A DNA stretch of 29,871 nt from a virus. Below, one piece after another: positions 9,471 to 16,486 of this stretch. The notes under the pieces are model-generated. The model was not told the DNA's origin, ran no database searches, and saw only the letters and a program-made list of their open reading frames with translations. The stretch's first letter is position 1, and the number at the start of each line of letters is the position of its first letter. Made by a program: the position numbers and the translations under genes. The stretch lies in the IMG/VR virus record IMGVR_UViG_3300045988_052173, one strand, 5' to 3'.

Positions 9471-9815
9471 TTAGAGTGGGCAGATGCGGTTGCGGAGTTC
9501 GTTGGGTAGGGATGGTTTGGGGTTGCGTGTGAGGAAGTCGTCGTCGATGACTTGGCAGAATTTGGCGAGCCAGTGGCCTAGGCTGCGGATGTAGCCTGTT
9601 TCGAGGTCGCTGACGTGTTGGAGTTCGTCTCGTGTTTGGATGAGTTTGTTGATTTTTTCGTCTTGGGCGTCTATTTGTTTTTTGAGTTCGCCTTGGGCTT
9701 CGACGAGGTGTTGGTAGGCGGTGGTGAGGTTGTTGCGGCGGGTGCTTGCCCATGTGATGATGCCGCCTACTGCTATGCCGGCGAGTCCGATGATGGATGG
9801 GATTAGTTCGGTCAT
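9471..9815 (-). CDS. Membrane-anchored coiled-coil protein (reverse-oriented within the late region)
   Basis: 114 aa with an N-terminal TM segment (LIPSIIGLAGIAVGGIITWAS) followed by heptad-like LVEAQGELKKQIDAQDEKINKLIQTRDEL. No clear SD sequence. Confidence 0.6.
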   Translation of the reverse strand: MTELIPSIIGLAGIAVGGIITWASTRRNNLTTAYQHLVEAQGELKKQIDAQDEKINKLIQTRDELQHVSDLETGYIRSLGHWLAKFCQVIDDDFLTRNPKPSLPNELRNRICPL

Positions 9816-9856
9816 ATGGTTAAGTCTATCTTAGGTTGTTTTGATATGCTGGGGGT

Positions 9857-10006
9857 ATGAGTCGTGAATCTATCGAAGATATCGTGTTGATACTCTTGTC
9901 GTCGTTTCTTATTGGCGTCATGGTGGTGGCTGGTTTTCTGCTTGTCGTTGGGATTCCGGCTTTCGCCCGTTTTCTTTTTATTGTTTGGTATGTGTTGATT
10001 GTTTGA
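9857..10006 (+). CDS. Small hydrophobic protein (holin-like candidate), 49 aa
   Basis: Hand translation gives MSRESIEDIVLILLSSFLIGVMVVAGFLLVVGIPAFARFLFIVWYVLIV*. It ends 11 nt before the endolysin ATG. It falls below the ORF-track size cutoff, and the G-rich SD is very close to the ATG. Confidence 0.4.
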   Translation: MSRESIEDIVLILLSSFLIGVMVVAGFLLVVGIPAFARFLFIVWYVLIV

Positions 10007-10017
10007 AAGGAGACAAT

Positions 10018-10860
10018 ATGTCATATGAATATATTACGAAGTATGATAGTCCGAATTATACGAGTGGTCGCCCGTATGGGATCAAGTACATCGTCATTCA
10101 CTGGTGGGGTGACCCGGACACGCATCCTACGCTCGAGGGTGTGATCAATACCTTGTGCAGTAAGGCTCGTGGCGCTTCCGCGCATTACGTGGCTGAGGCT
10201 GGCCGTGTGGCGTGCATCGTGGATCCGGATGATCGTGCGTGGCATGCCGGTGATGGTGTCGGTGTCGGTTCGAAGGGCAATGACATGGGTATCGGCATTG
10301 AGTGTAATCCTCGCCAGTCGGATGGGGATTATGCGACGATTGCCGCTTTGATTCGTGATCTTCGTGTCGAGTATGGTGATCTTCCGTTGATTCATCATAG
10401 GGATTGTTCTGCTACGCAGTGTCCGGGCTCGTATGATTTGGAGCGTTTGGATCGTTTGTCTCGTGGTTTGGTGGCTCCGTCGAATCCGGTGCCTACTCAG
10501 CCGGCTACGCAGTCTGTGACGAGGCTTGTGGTGGATGGTTCGTGGGGTCCTTTGACGATGCGGCGTGCTCAGGAGGTTGCCGGCACGACCGTGGATGGTG
10601 TCATGTCCGGACAGGTCAGGTGTTTGGAGAATCAGAACATTGCCTGTTTGGAGGTGGGTACTTCCGGTAGTGATTGGGTTGAGTGGATGTCTCACCGGTT
10701 CGGGATTACGGATAGGCCGCGTAATGCGGGTCCGGAGTTCATTCACCGGTTCCTGTTGGAGATGAACGGTTTCCAGGGTGATGGTATTATCGGTCCGGCA
10801 CCGTCTCAGGCTGTCATGGAGTTTCAGAAGCGGCTTAACGACGGTCGTATTTTTAACTGA
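10018..10860 (+). CDS. Endolysin: N-acetylmuramoyl-L-alanine amidase (amidase_2/PGRP-like) with C-terminal peptidoglycan-binding repeats
   Basis: AGGAG lies 5 nt upstream of ATG 10018. Motifs seen are HWWGDP, AHYVAEAG, AWHAG, GIECNP and HRDCSATQCPG. The C-terminus has VDGSWGPLTMRRAQE and GDGIIGPAPSQAVMEFQKRLN. Confidence 0.85.
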   Translation: MSYEYITKYDSPNYTSGRPYGIKYIVIHWWGDPDTHPTLEGVINTLCSKARGASAHYVAEAGRVACIVDPDDRAWHAGDGVGVGSKGNDMGIGIECNPRQSDGDYATIAALIRDLRVEYGDLPLIHHRDCSATQCPGSYDLERLDRLSRGLVAPSNPVPTQPATQSVTRLVVDGSWGPLTMRRAQEVAGTTVDGVMSGQVRCLENQNIACLEVGTSGSDWVEWMSHRFGITDRPRNAGPEFIHRFLLEMNGFQGDGIIGPAPSQAVMEFQKRLNDGRIFN

Positions 10861-10878
10861 TTGGAAGGATTGTTGATT

Positions 10879-11178
10879 ATGGCTAAGCATGTGGCGTTGG
10901 CTGATGATGAGTTGACTGGTGAACCGACTTCGGAGACCATGATTACGAATGAGTGTGCGGACGGCAGTGATAATTATGTGCCTACGTTTGATGTTGAGAC
11001 GCGTCGTTGGGCGTATCTGGTGTCTGGGTTGGTTGGTATTGCCGGTGCTGTCGCGAGTCTTGTGAGTGCTGTTCCGGGTGTTCCGTCGTGGGTTGCCGTG
11101 GTCGGTGGTGCTTGCGCGTTGGTTGGTTCGGGTGTGGCTGGCTTGTTTGGCGTGCATTATGCCGGTGTGGGTCGCTGA
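10879..11178 (+). CDS. Holin candidate (2 TM)
   Basis: GGAAGGA precedes ATG 10879. The protein has an acidic N-terminus followed by two TM segments (WAYLVSGLVGIAGAVASLVSAV and WVAVVGGACALVGSGVAGLFGV). It lies directly after the endolysin. Confidence 0.65.
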   Translation: MAKHVALADDELTGEPTSETMITNECADGSDNYVPTFDVETRRWAYLVSGLVGIAGAVASLVSAVPGVPSWVAVVGGACALVGSGVAGLFGVHYAGVGR

Positions 11179-11196
11179 TCGACTCTGATATGATAA

Positions 11197-11240
11197 ATGC
11201 CCCGTGGCTGGCTTGTTTGGCTGTCTGCGGGGCGTTTTTG
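11197..11240 (+). terminator. Putative terminator at the end of the late operon
   Basis: atGCCCCG (11197-11204) pairs with CGGGGCgt (11228-11235), followed by tttttgtactgtttt. The loop is large. Confidence 0.5.
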
Positions 11241-11253
11241 TACTGTTTTGGGG

Positions 11254-11523
11254 TTATCTCCAGTAGAAGAAGTAGATGGTGACTGGTGCTGTCACGGTGA
11301 AGTCGAGTCCGATTCCGTTGTCGACTTCGTTGATTGTCGTGGTTTCGACTTCTTTGATGCCGTTTAGTAGCTTGTAGAGGTTGATGAAGGCGTCGTAGTC
11401 TTTGATGCCGATTCGGCCGTAGGTGATTTCCGGTTCGATGCCGTCTTCGTCGAGGACGGTGCCGATTTTCGGCTGTTGCATGATGAGGCTGATGATGGCG
11501 GTGAGGTATTTGACGGTTTCCAT
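11254..11523 (-). CDS. Hypothetical protein (89 aa) in an autonomous promoter-gene-terminator cassette
   Basis: AAGGAA SD is present. The gene has its own upstream terminator and -10 box, and a downstream terminator. Confidence 0.7.
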   Translation of the reverse strand: METVKYLTAIISLIMQQPKIGTVLDEDGIEPEITYGRIGIKDYDAFINLYKLLNGIKEVETTTINEVDNGIGLDFTVTAPVTIYFFYWR

Positions 11524-11571
11524 TGTGTTGTTCCTTTTTGTGTTGTGTCAGGTTTTCTGCCTGATGTTTTT

Positions 11572-11580
11572 ACTATATCG
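11572..11580 (-). promoter_or_regulatory. Putative -10 (cgaTATAGT on the minus strand)
   Basis: This is the reverse complement of 11572-11580. It is followed at about +1 by the conserved TCAGGCAGAAAA box and the hairpin at 11548-11564. Confidence 0.4.
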
Positions 11581-11614
11581 TAAAACGGCGTGCCGTGTTT
11601 GTGCGACACGCCGT
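11581..11614 (-). terminator. Intrinsic terminator after the XRE-family gene
   Basis: On the minus strand, ACGGCGTG-14 nt-CACGCCGT is followed by TTTTA. Confidence 0.6.
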
Positions 11615-11621
11615 GGGGGTT

Positions 11622-11948
11622 TTATTCGAGGTAAATGTCGTAGTGGAGTTCGGCATTGAGTAGTTCCCGGTGTTTCTTGCGTGGTTTCCTCAACCCGTTT
11701 TCCCATGTCATGACGACGGTCGGGCTGGAGACGTGGGCCAGTTCTGCGAGTTCCGCCTGTGTGTATCCGTACCTGTTTCGCCAGTATTTGAGTCGTTCCT
11801 GGCTGGTCGTCCGTGTTTTGACGAGAGCGTAGTCGACTGGTGTATGTTTCCCGTCGGCTGTGATGCCGTAGAAGAGGCCTGTGTGTGCGTTCTGGTGGAT
11901 CTTGAGTTCTTCGTTTCGGATGGTGATGGTGAAGAGTTCCTTTTCCAT
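11622..11948 (-). CDS. XRE-family HTH DNA-binding protein
   Basis: I prefer the start at MEKELF, which has an AAAGGAAAT SD. The C-terminal HTH reads YGYTQAELAELAHVSSPTVVMTWENGLRKP. Confidence 0.7.
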   Translation of the reverse strand: MEKELFTITIRNEELKIHQNAHTGLFYGITADGKHTPVDYALVKTRTTSQERLKYWRNRYGYTQAELAELAHVSSPTVVMTWENGLRKPRKKHRELLNAELHYDIYLE

Positions 11949-11956
11949 GGTTTTTC

Positions 11957-12244
11957 TTATTTCCTTTCGTCTGGTGTTGTGGTGTCGAGGATTTCCTCCA
12001 TGAGTTCCTCGCCTTTCTTGGTGAGTTGCCATCGCCAGCATGGCCTTTTTCGTTCGCTGATGCCGTTTCTGTCGATGCGATGGACGTATCCTTCGCGTTC
12101 TAGTTCGACCAGGCGGCTTCTCAGGCTTTGGGGCGTGTCCCGGTATCGGAAGTCTTCTGCTATTTGCGTTAACTGTTCCTGGGTGATTGGTTTTTTGACG
12201 GCGTGGAGGATTACGATTGCGTGGATTTGTGGAGTGCTGTGCAT
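11957..12244 (-). CDS. Winged-helix DNA-binding protein (MarR/PadR-like)
   Basis: The segment LRSRLVELEREGYVHRIDRNG...WRWQLTKKGEEL has the pattern of a wHTH recognition helix plus wing. The start forms a TAATG overlap with the upstream gene. Confidence 0.6.
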   Translation of the reverse strand: MHSTPQIHAIVILHAVKKPITQEQLTQIAEDFRYRDTPQSLRSRLVELEREGYVHRIDRNGISERKRPCWRWQLTKKGEELMEEILDTTTPDERK

Positions 12245-12579
12245 TAGAGTCTACTTTCTGCTTGATGCCGGTAGTAGGCGGCGATGCTTGCTGCTGTGGC
12301 CAGTCCGATGAGCCATTTGATGCCGAAGTGGATGTGGAAGGCTTTTGCGGCTGTTGTCCATGCGGGGAGTGTCATGTATGGGCTGAGGCACCATCCGCAG
12401 TGGGCGAGTGTGCTTAGGCTGCGGGTTAGGTTGTTGTCCGCTGTTTCGGTTTTGTCTGTGAGCTTGTTTCGGAGTTTGCTGAAGACGTATCCGGGTCCGG
12501 GGGATAGTTGCGTTACCGTGGTGGCGTATCCGGCTGTGAGGCCGGCGGTGATGACTGCGGTCCACCATGCTGTTTTCAT
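12244..12579 (-). CDS. Membrane protein with C-G-W-C motif (DUF1360-like)
   Basis: About 3 hydrophobic segments and the motif LAHCGWCLSPYMTL. The start forms an ATGA overlap with the upstream gene. Confidence 0.55.
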   Translation of the reverse strand: MKTAWWTAVITAGLTAGYATTVTQLSPGPGYVFSKLRNKLTDKTETADNNLTRSLSTLAHCGWCLSPYMTLPAWTTAAKAFHIHFGIKWLIGLATAASIAAYYRHQAESRL

Positions 12580-12863
12580 TGTTGGTTCCTTTCGTCGTTG
12601 TTGATGGTTTCGGCTGGGGTGTAGTGGATTTTTCCGTTGAGTAGTATCAGTGGGTATTTGATTGGTTTGTTTTGGTTTTTGGCGATGGTGCGGATTGCGG
12701 TGGCGGTGGGGCTACCGGAGGGGACGACATGTAGTTGTCGCCACATCCATTGTGCTGTTGTGTGGCATGAGTCCAGGAATTTTCTTGTTTCGGGGTTGCA
12801 TGTGGGGCAGCCGTCGAAGAGTACGTACATGTCGGGGCTGGTGAGGAGGGTGTCGATTGTCAT
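12576..12863 (-). CDS. Glutaredoxin/NrdH-like thioredoxin-fold protein (CPTC)
   Basis: The arrangement MYVLFDGCPTCNPETRKFLDS ... KYPLILLNGKIHY matches beta1-CxxC-alpha1 and the cis-Pro beta3 layout. Confidence 0.5.
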   Translation of the reverse strand: MTIDTLLTSPDMYVLFDGCPTCNPETRKFLDSCHTTAQWMWRQLHVVPSGSPTATAIRTIAKNQNKPIKYPLILLNGKIHYTPAETINNDERNQQ

Positions 12864-13765
12864 TAGAATGATGCTCCTGTTGTTTCGGTGATGGTGTCGA
12901 TGATGTGGAGGGTATTGAGTTGTTTGCGTTTGTGGTTGGTGATGAGTGGTTTGATGTCCTTTCGGTGGACTGGGATGATTTGGTGTCGTGCGTCTCCGTA
13001 GACTCGTGGGTCGTACATGCTGAAGTAGAGGGTTTCGAGCGTGTCGCAGACGACGAAGTATTGGAGGACTTGGGCTTGGTATGTGTCGGGGATGAAGTCG
13101 ATTCCGGTGGTGTTAAGGCTTGTGGCTGTTGGTGGGAGGACTTGTGCGGCCATGTCGGCGAGGTTTTCCGGGATGCCGTGGTGGAGGATGTTCTGTGAGT
13201 GGATCATCCATGGGATGACGGCTTGGAGGTGGTAGGCGCTGCCTAGGCTTTTGCATTCGATGGCCCATGTTGGGTTTTCGGATGCTTGGTAGGCGTCTGG
13301 GCTGCATGCGATTCGGTTGTCTTCGTCGCTTTCCCAGATGCCGCAGTCGGTGATGCAGTCTTTTTGCTCGTAGCCGAGTTGTTGGAGGGTGAGGGTGATG
13401 TTTTCGGGTTCGAGTCTGTGGCCGCGTGCCATGGGGTTTTCGCCGTCTGGTTGTTCGGCCATGGTTTCTGCTAGGAATTTCCAGAAGTCGATGCTGACTT
13501 TGAGGCGTTTGTTTTTGGCTTCGGCTTCGAGGATTCGTGTGTCGTAGTCTCGTGCTTTTTGGAAGTATTTGTTGGATTCTGCTTGTGTTTCCGCGGTTTT
13601 TGACTGTTCGAGGGCTTTGTCTCGGTATTCGGTGAGTTTTTTGATGTCGGTTTGTGGGTAGTGGCTCATGGCTAGGTTGCCGCTTTTGGTGCCGGTGATG
13701 CGGCCTAGGCGTTCTTGGAGCCATGCTTCCGTGTTGTTGGCTTGTGATAGGTTGATGATTTTCAT
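12863..13765 (-). CDS. YqaJ-like (lambda Exo-type) recombination exonuclease
   Basis: Motifs seen are EAWLQERLGRITGTKSGNLA, CSPDAY and AIECKS, typical of the YqaJ PD-(D/E)xK fold. The gene is adjacent to ERF. Confidence 0.75.
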   Translation of the reverse strand: MKIINLSQANNTEAWLQERLGRITGTKSGNLAMSHYPQTDIKKLTEYRDKALEQSKTAETQAESNKYFQKARDYDTRILEAEAKNKRLKVSIDFWKFLAETMAEQPDGENPMARGHRLEPENITLTLQQLGYEQKDCITDCGIWESDEDNRIACSPDAYQASENPTWAIECKSLGSAYHLQAVIPWMIHSQNILHHGIPENLADMAAQVLPPTATSLNTTGIDFIPDTYQAQVLQYFVVCDTLETLYFSMYDPRVYGDARHQIIPVHRKDIKPLITNHKRKQLNTLHIIDTITETTGASF

Positions 13766-13795
13766 TGTCGGTCCTTTCTTGAAGTTGATATATTT

Positions 13796-13804
13796 ATTAT
13801 ATCA
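13796..13804 (-). promoter_or_regulatory. Extended -10 promoter TGaTATAAT (minus strand)
   Basis: This is the reverse complement of attatatca, about 30 nt upstream of the exonuclease ATG. Confidence 0.55.
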
Positions 13805-13855
13805 GCTCGTATGTTGTTGGAAGGCATGCGGCGTGTCGTGGCTCGGATATGAGGA

Positions 13856-13880
13856 AGACCCCGGTGATGTGCCGGGGTCT
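13856..13880 (-). terminator. GC-rich hairpin after the ERF gene (weak U-run)
   Basis: AGACCCCGG-7 nt-CCGGGGTCT forms a 9-bp stem. The flanks are only weakly T-rich on either strand. Confidence 0.4.
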
Positions 13881-13884
13881 TGTG

Positions 13885-14478
13885 TCACATTCTGTTGACG
13901 GCGTCCATGAGTTTCGTCATGTCGGCTTGGGTGATCCCTCGCCAGCCTTTGACGGGCCGGCCGAGTGTGCCGCTGATGAATTCGCCGCGTGTTTCGCTGG
14001 GGATGGCGTGCGTGTCCATGGCTTTGACGAGCGTGGCGTACTGGTCGGCTCTGATCGGCTTGTCGGCGGTCTCGTACTGCTGTCGGGCGTAGCTTCCGTC
14101 GTCATCCTTGTCTGGGAAGATGCCGAGGATGGTGGTGAGGCTGTATCGGCGTGCGTAGGTGATGGCGCTGCCGACCTGTTGTGGGTCTCCGGTGACGAAG
14201 AAAGGGTATTCGCAGACCGTCATCTGGTCGGTGTCGTCGAAGATGATGGTTTCGATGGTGCCGAGGATCTGGCGGCCGTCTCCCGGGCCGTCGAAGGTTA
14301 CTTTTTGGGTGAATGAGAGTCCGTGTTTTTCGAAGATTGGTTTGATGTTTTTGAGGAGGGTGGCGAGGTTGAGGTATTTGTAGGTGCGGCTTCCGGCGTT
14401 GGCGGTTTCGTCGGTGCTGAAGTTGGGTACTTCGTTGAGGACTTCGGCGAATTTCCGGTTGAGGTTGCTGTTTTCCAT
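13885..14478 (-). CDS. ERF-family single-strand annealing protein
   Basis: AAGGAG SD is present. Motifs seen are YKYLNLATLL and QQVGSAITYARRYSLTTILGIFPDKDDDG. Confidence 0.85.
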   Translation of the reverse strand: MENSNLNRKFAEVLNEVPNFSTDETANAGSRTYKYLNLATLLKNIKPIFEKHGLSFTQKVTFDGPGDGRQILGTIETIIFDDTDQMTVCEYPFFVTGDPQQVGSAITYARRYSLTTILGIFPDKDDDGSYARQQYETADKPIRADQYATLVKAMDTHAIPSETRGEFISGTLGRPVKGWRGITQADMTKLMDAVNRM

Positions 14479-14505
14479 TGTGGTCTCCTTTGTTGGTGTT
14501 GGCTG

Positions 14506-14862
14506 TCAGTGCTTGTAGATGGGGTAGACGATGGTTTGTGGTTCGTTTTCGGTCACGTTGTTGTAGATGGTTTCGAGTGTTGCCATTCCGCCGATGTTGT
14601 ATGCCCGTGTGTAGAAGTCGATTCGTTCCGGATTGTTTTTGGTGAGTGTGTAGAGGTAGCATGCCCATTCCGCGCCGTTGTGGTCCCATTCGTAGTCTTC
14701 GAAGGCTTGGGAGTAGTCGTCGAGGGTGACGTATTTGTGGTCGCCGACGTGGTAGATGACGCCTTTTGGCGTGTGGTCGGTGTCGTAGTGGCTTTTCCGG
14801 TCGAGGCGGACGTCGATGTTGTGCATCATTGCTTTGACTTCGTCTGTGGTGATTGTGTTCAT
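14506..14862 (-). CDS. Hypothetical protein (118 aa)
   Basis: I prefer the start at MNTITTDEV, which has AAAGGAACAACAA upstream. The track ORF extends to 14889. Confidence 0.7.
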   Translation of the reverse strand: MNTITTDEVKAMMHNIDVRLDRKSHYDTDHTPKGVIYHVGDHKYVTLDDYSQAFEDYEWDHNGAEWACYLYTLTKNNPERIDFYTRAYNIGGMATLETIYNNVTENEPQTIVYPIYKH

Positions 14863-14909
14863 TTGTTGTTCCTTTGTTGTGCCTGTCAAGCCCTTTGCTT
14901 GATATGTTT

Positions 14910-14918
14910 AATATATCA
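14910..14918 (-). promoter_or_regulatory. Extended -10 promoter TGaTATATT (minus strand)
   Basis: This is the reverse complement of aatatatca. The conserved TCAAGCAAAGGG box and the hairpin at 14886-14902 start at about +1. Confidence 0.55.
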
Positions 14919-14949
14919 TAAAAGGCGTGCCACGCTAACGCGACACGCC
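14919..14949 (-). terminator. Intrinsic terminator
   Basis: On the minus strand, GGCGTG-14 nt-CACGCC is followed by TTTTAT. It shares sequence with the terminator at 11581-11614. Confidence 0.55.
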
Positions 14950-15019
14950 GTAAGACGTCAGATTCCCTGTGCCTATCGTCTCCTGTGAATGAGGGGCATC
15001 AAGAGCATCAGTATCAGGA

Positions 15020-15184
15020 TCAGAGTCCCCCAGTCAGTCTCTTCCATTCCTTCTCTTTCCTGTATTCCTTGATGACGGCTTCGATTTCCTGTCGACAATA
15101 TTGCGGGATGAGCGGGGCGAATTCGTCGACGGTCAGGCCGTCCTCATACCATTCGATGATCTGGTTCTTCGTTGCTTTCTTCAT
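15020..15184 (-). CDS. Small hypothetical protein (54 aa)
   Basis: Hand translation gives MKKATKNQIIEWYEDGLTVDEFAPLIPQYCRQEIEAVIKEYRKEKEWKRLTGGL*. An AAGGAGAAGCAA SD is present, and the start forms an ATGA overlap with the upstream ORF. Confidence 0.55.
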   Translation of the reverse strand: MKKATKNQIIEWYEDGLTVDEFAPLIPQYCRQEIEAVIKEYRKEKEWKRLTGGL

Positions 15185-15357
15185 TTGCTTCTCCTTACCG
15201 GCATGATGAATTTCATGTAATTGTCGTATATCTCTCTGACGTGGTCCTCGTTCATTGCGAGGATTTCGGCGGTCTTTTCGACCGACTGATTGAGGTCGAA
15301 GAGGTAATGCTCCGCTGCAATCCTTTCGATCGGGATGTCGTGAAGCTTGCCTGTCAT
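15181..15357 (-). CDS. Small hypothetical protein (58 aa), possible HTH
   Basis: Hand translation gives MTGKLHDIPIERIAAEHYLFDLNQSVEKTAEILAMNEDHVREIYDNYMKFIMPVRRSK*. A GAGGAGGAAAG SD is present, and there are ATGA overlaps at both ends. Confidence 0.55.
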   Translation of the reverse strand: MTGKLHDIPIERIAAEHYLFDLNQSVEKTAEILAMNEDHVREIYDNYMKFIMPVRRSK

Positions 15358-15707
15358 TTGCTTTCCTCCTCTATCATTCGGTCTAGGGCTTCGATGACCT
15401 TATGCCAGTCGCTGGTGCGGATGCCGTACCATGCGATGCGTTCTAGGCCAGTGGTTGATCGTATTAGTTCGCGTAGGATGATGTCGCACTTACCGGCGGT
15501 TTCCGTCCGTTCGTGTCTCGTGGCGGCTTTCCGTGCGTACCATCGGGCTTTCTTCAGGTCTTCGACGGGTTTTCCCTTGTCTTTGTGCCGCCATAGGTAT
15601 TTGATGGTGTTGCCGGTGCAGAAGTATTGGTGTTTGGCGAGGAGGATACATTCGTATCCGATGTTGCGGCCGGTGTAGTGCTTTGGATGGTTGACATTGT
15701 CGGTCAT
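15354..15707 (-). CDS. DUF3310-like protein
   Basis: I prefer the start at MTDNVNHPKHY. Motifs NHPKHY, GNTIKYLWRHKDKG and EDLKKARWY match the DUF3310 pattern. The upstream part of the track ORF overlaps the neighbouring gene. Confidence 0.7.
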   Translation of the reverse strand: MTDNVNHPKHYTGRNIGYECILLAKHQYFCTGNTIKYLWRHKDKGKPVEDLKKARWYARKAATRHERTETAGKCDIILRELIRSTTGLERIAWYGIRTSDWHKVIEALDRMIEEESK

Positions 15708-16138
15708 TTGTCTTCCTTTGCTTCTTTTGCGGCTTTGGCTTTGGCTCGTCTGATGCGGGCTCTCTCGTTTTGTTTCCGGATGTATTCGGCTTTCTGTTCC
15801 GGTGTCATGGCGTGGTAGCGTGCTCTCTGTCTGGCGAGCATTGCTTCCCGCCATTCCGGGTCGGTGTGGTATCGGAAGCGTGCGGTTTCGCGTTTCTTTT
15901 TCAGGGTTTCCGGTTTGCTGTGGTATTCTTTCTGTTTTTCTGCGTAGTGTTCGGCGTGTTCCGTTCTCCATTTGCGGTTTGCTTCGGCTATTTTCTCTTT
16001 GTGCCTGTGGTAGTAGCGGTAGTCGCTGATTTTGCGTCGTTCGTCTGCTGATGGTTGACGGTTGCGCATTTCGTTGACCCAGCCCATCAGGACGTCATCG
16101 TTGAGGTCGATTGGTTCCTGTTGTTTTCTTTTTGGCAT
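15704..16138 (-). CDS. Highly basic protein with about four R-x-YH-x-x-P-E-type repeats
   Basis: 144 aa. The repeats are RYYHRHKEKIAEANRKW, EYHSKPETLKKKRETARFR, YHTDPEWREAMLARQRAR and YHAMTPEQKAEYIRKQNERAR. Confidence 0.65.
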   Translation of the reverse strand: MPKRKQQEPIDLNDDVLMGWVNEMRNRQPSADERRKISDYRYYHRHKEKIAEANRKWRTEHAEHYAEKQKEYHSKPETLKKKRETARFRYHTDPEWREAMLARQRARYHAMTPEQKAEYIRKQNERARIRRAKAKAAKEAKEDK

Positions 16139-16155
16139 GTCGTTTTCTTTTCTTT

Positions 16156-16455
16156 TTAGAGGCTTTTGATGATGTAGTCGGCGATGTTTTCTTGGGTGAG
16201 ATCGTTTAGGGGTCCGCCATAGAAGACGTGGTAGGAGATTAGTGAGTCGGGTCCGTCGTATAGGTGCATTTCGGTGTCGGCCGGATCGCTGTAGGCGATG
16301 ATGTATAGTCTTTTTTCACTGTTTCGCTTTGTGATGCATATTGCTGAGTCTCCTGGTTCGCAGTCGACTTCGGTTATCGTGTAGTCGTCGCCGAGGAGTC
16401 GTAGTGTGTCTGCCATTTCGTGGTTGATGTTTCTGGGCTTGTTTTCGTTGTTCAT
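16156..16455 (-). CDS. Hypothetical acidic protein (99 aa)
   Basis: ORF with an AAAGGA SD and a coding-strand composition like its neighbours. Confidence 0.7.
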   Translation of the reverse strand: MNNENKPRNINHEMADTLRLLGDDYTITEVDCEPGDSAICITKRNSEKRLYIIAYSDPADTEMHLYDGPDSLISYHVFYGGPLNDLTQENIADYIIKSL

Positions 16456-16486
16456 TTTTTTGTCCTTTTCTTGTTTGTTTGGTTTG

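Noticed and set aside
8605-9753. 382-aa minus-strand ORF antisense to the tail genes. Similar long ORFs occur at 10021..11157 (-), 13113..13724 (-), 14102..14689 (-), 24720..25493 (+), 28254..29450 (-), 1605..2018 (+) and 22638..23135 (+).
   Set aside because: Their translations are low-complexity P/H/Q/R/T/N strings or G/V/D strings. They overlap well-supported genes. On the A+C-rich strand, a scarcity of T and G makes stop codons rare, so these ORFs are explained by the strand skew.
9812-10024. 70-aa minus-strand ORF between the coiled-coil gene and the endolysin.
   Set aside because: The sequence is K/N/H-rich low complexity with no SD. The opposite strand carries a more plausible 49-aa hydrophobic ORF next to the endolysin.
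14985-15206. 73-aa plus-strand ORF, and the 168-aa plus-strand ORF at 15172..15678.
   Set aside because: They lie opposite a chain of SD-preceded, ATGA-coupled minus-strand ORFs, including a DUF3310 match. The plus-strand translations have no SD and an odd composition.
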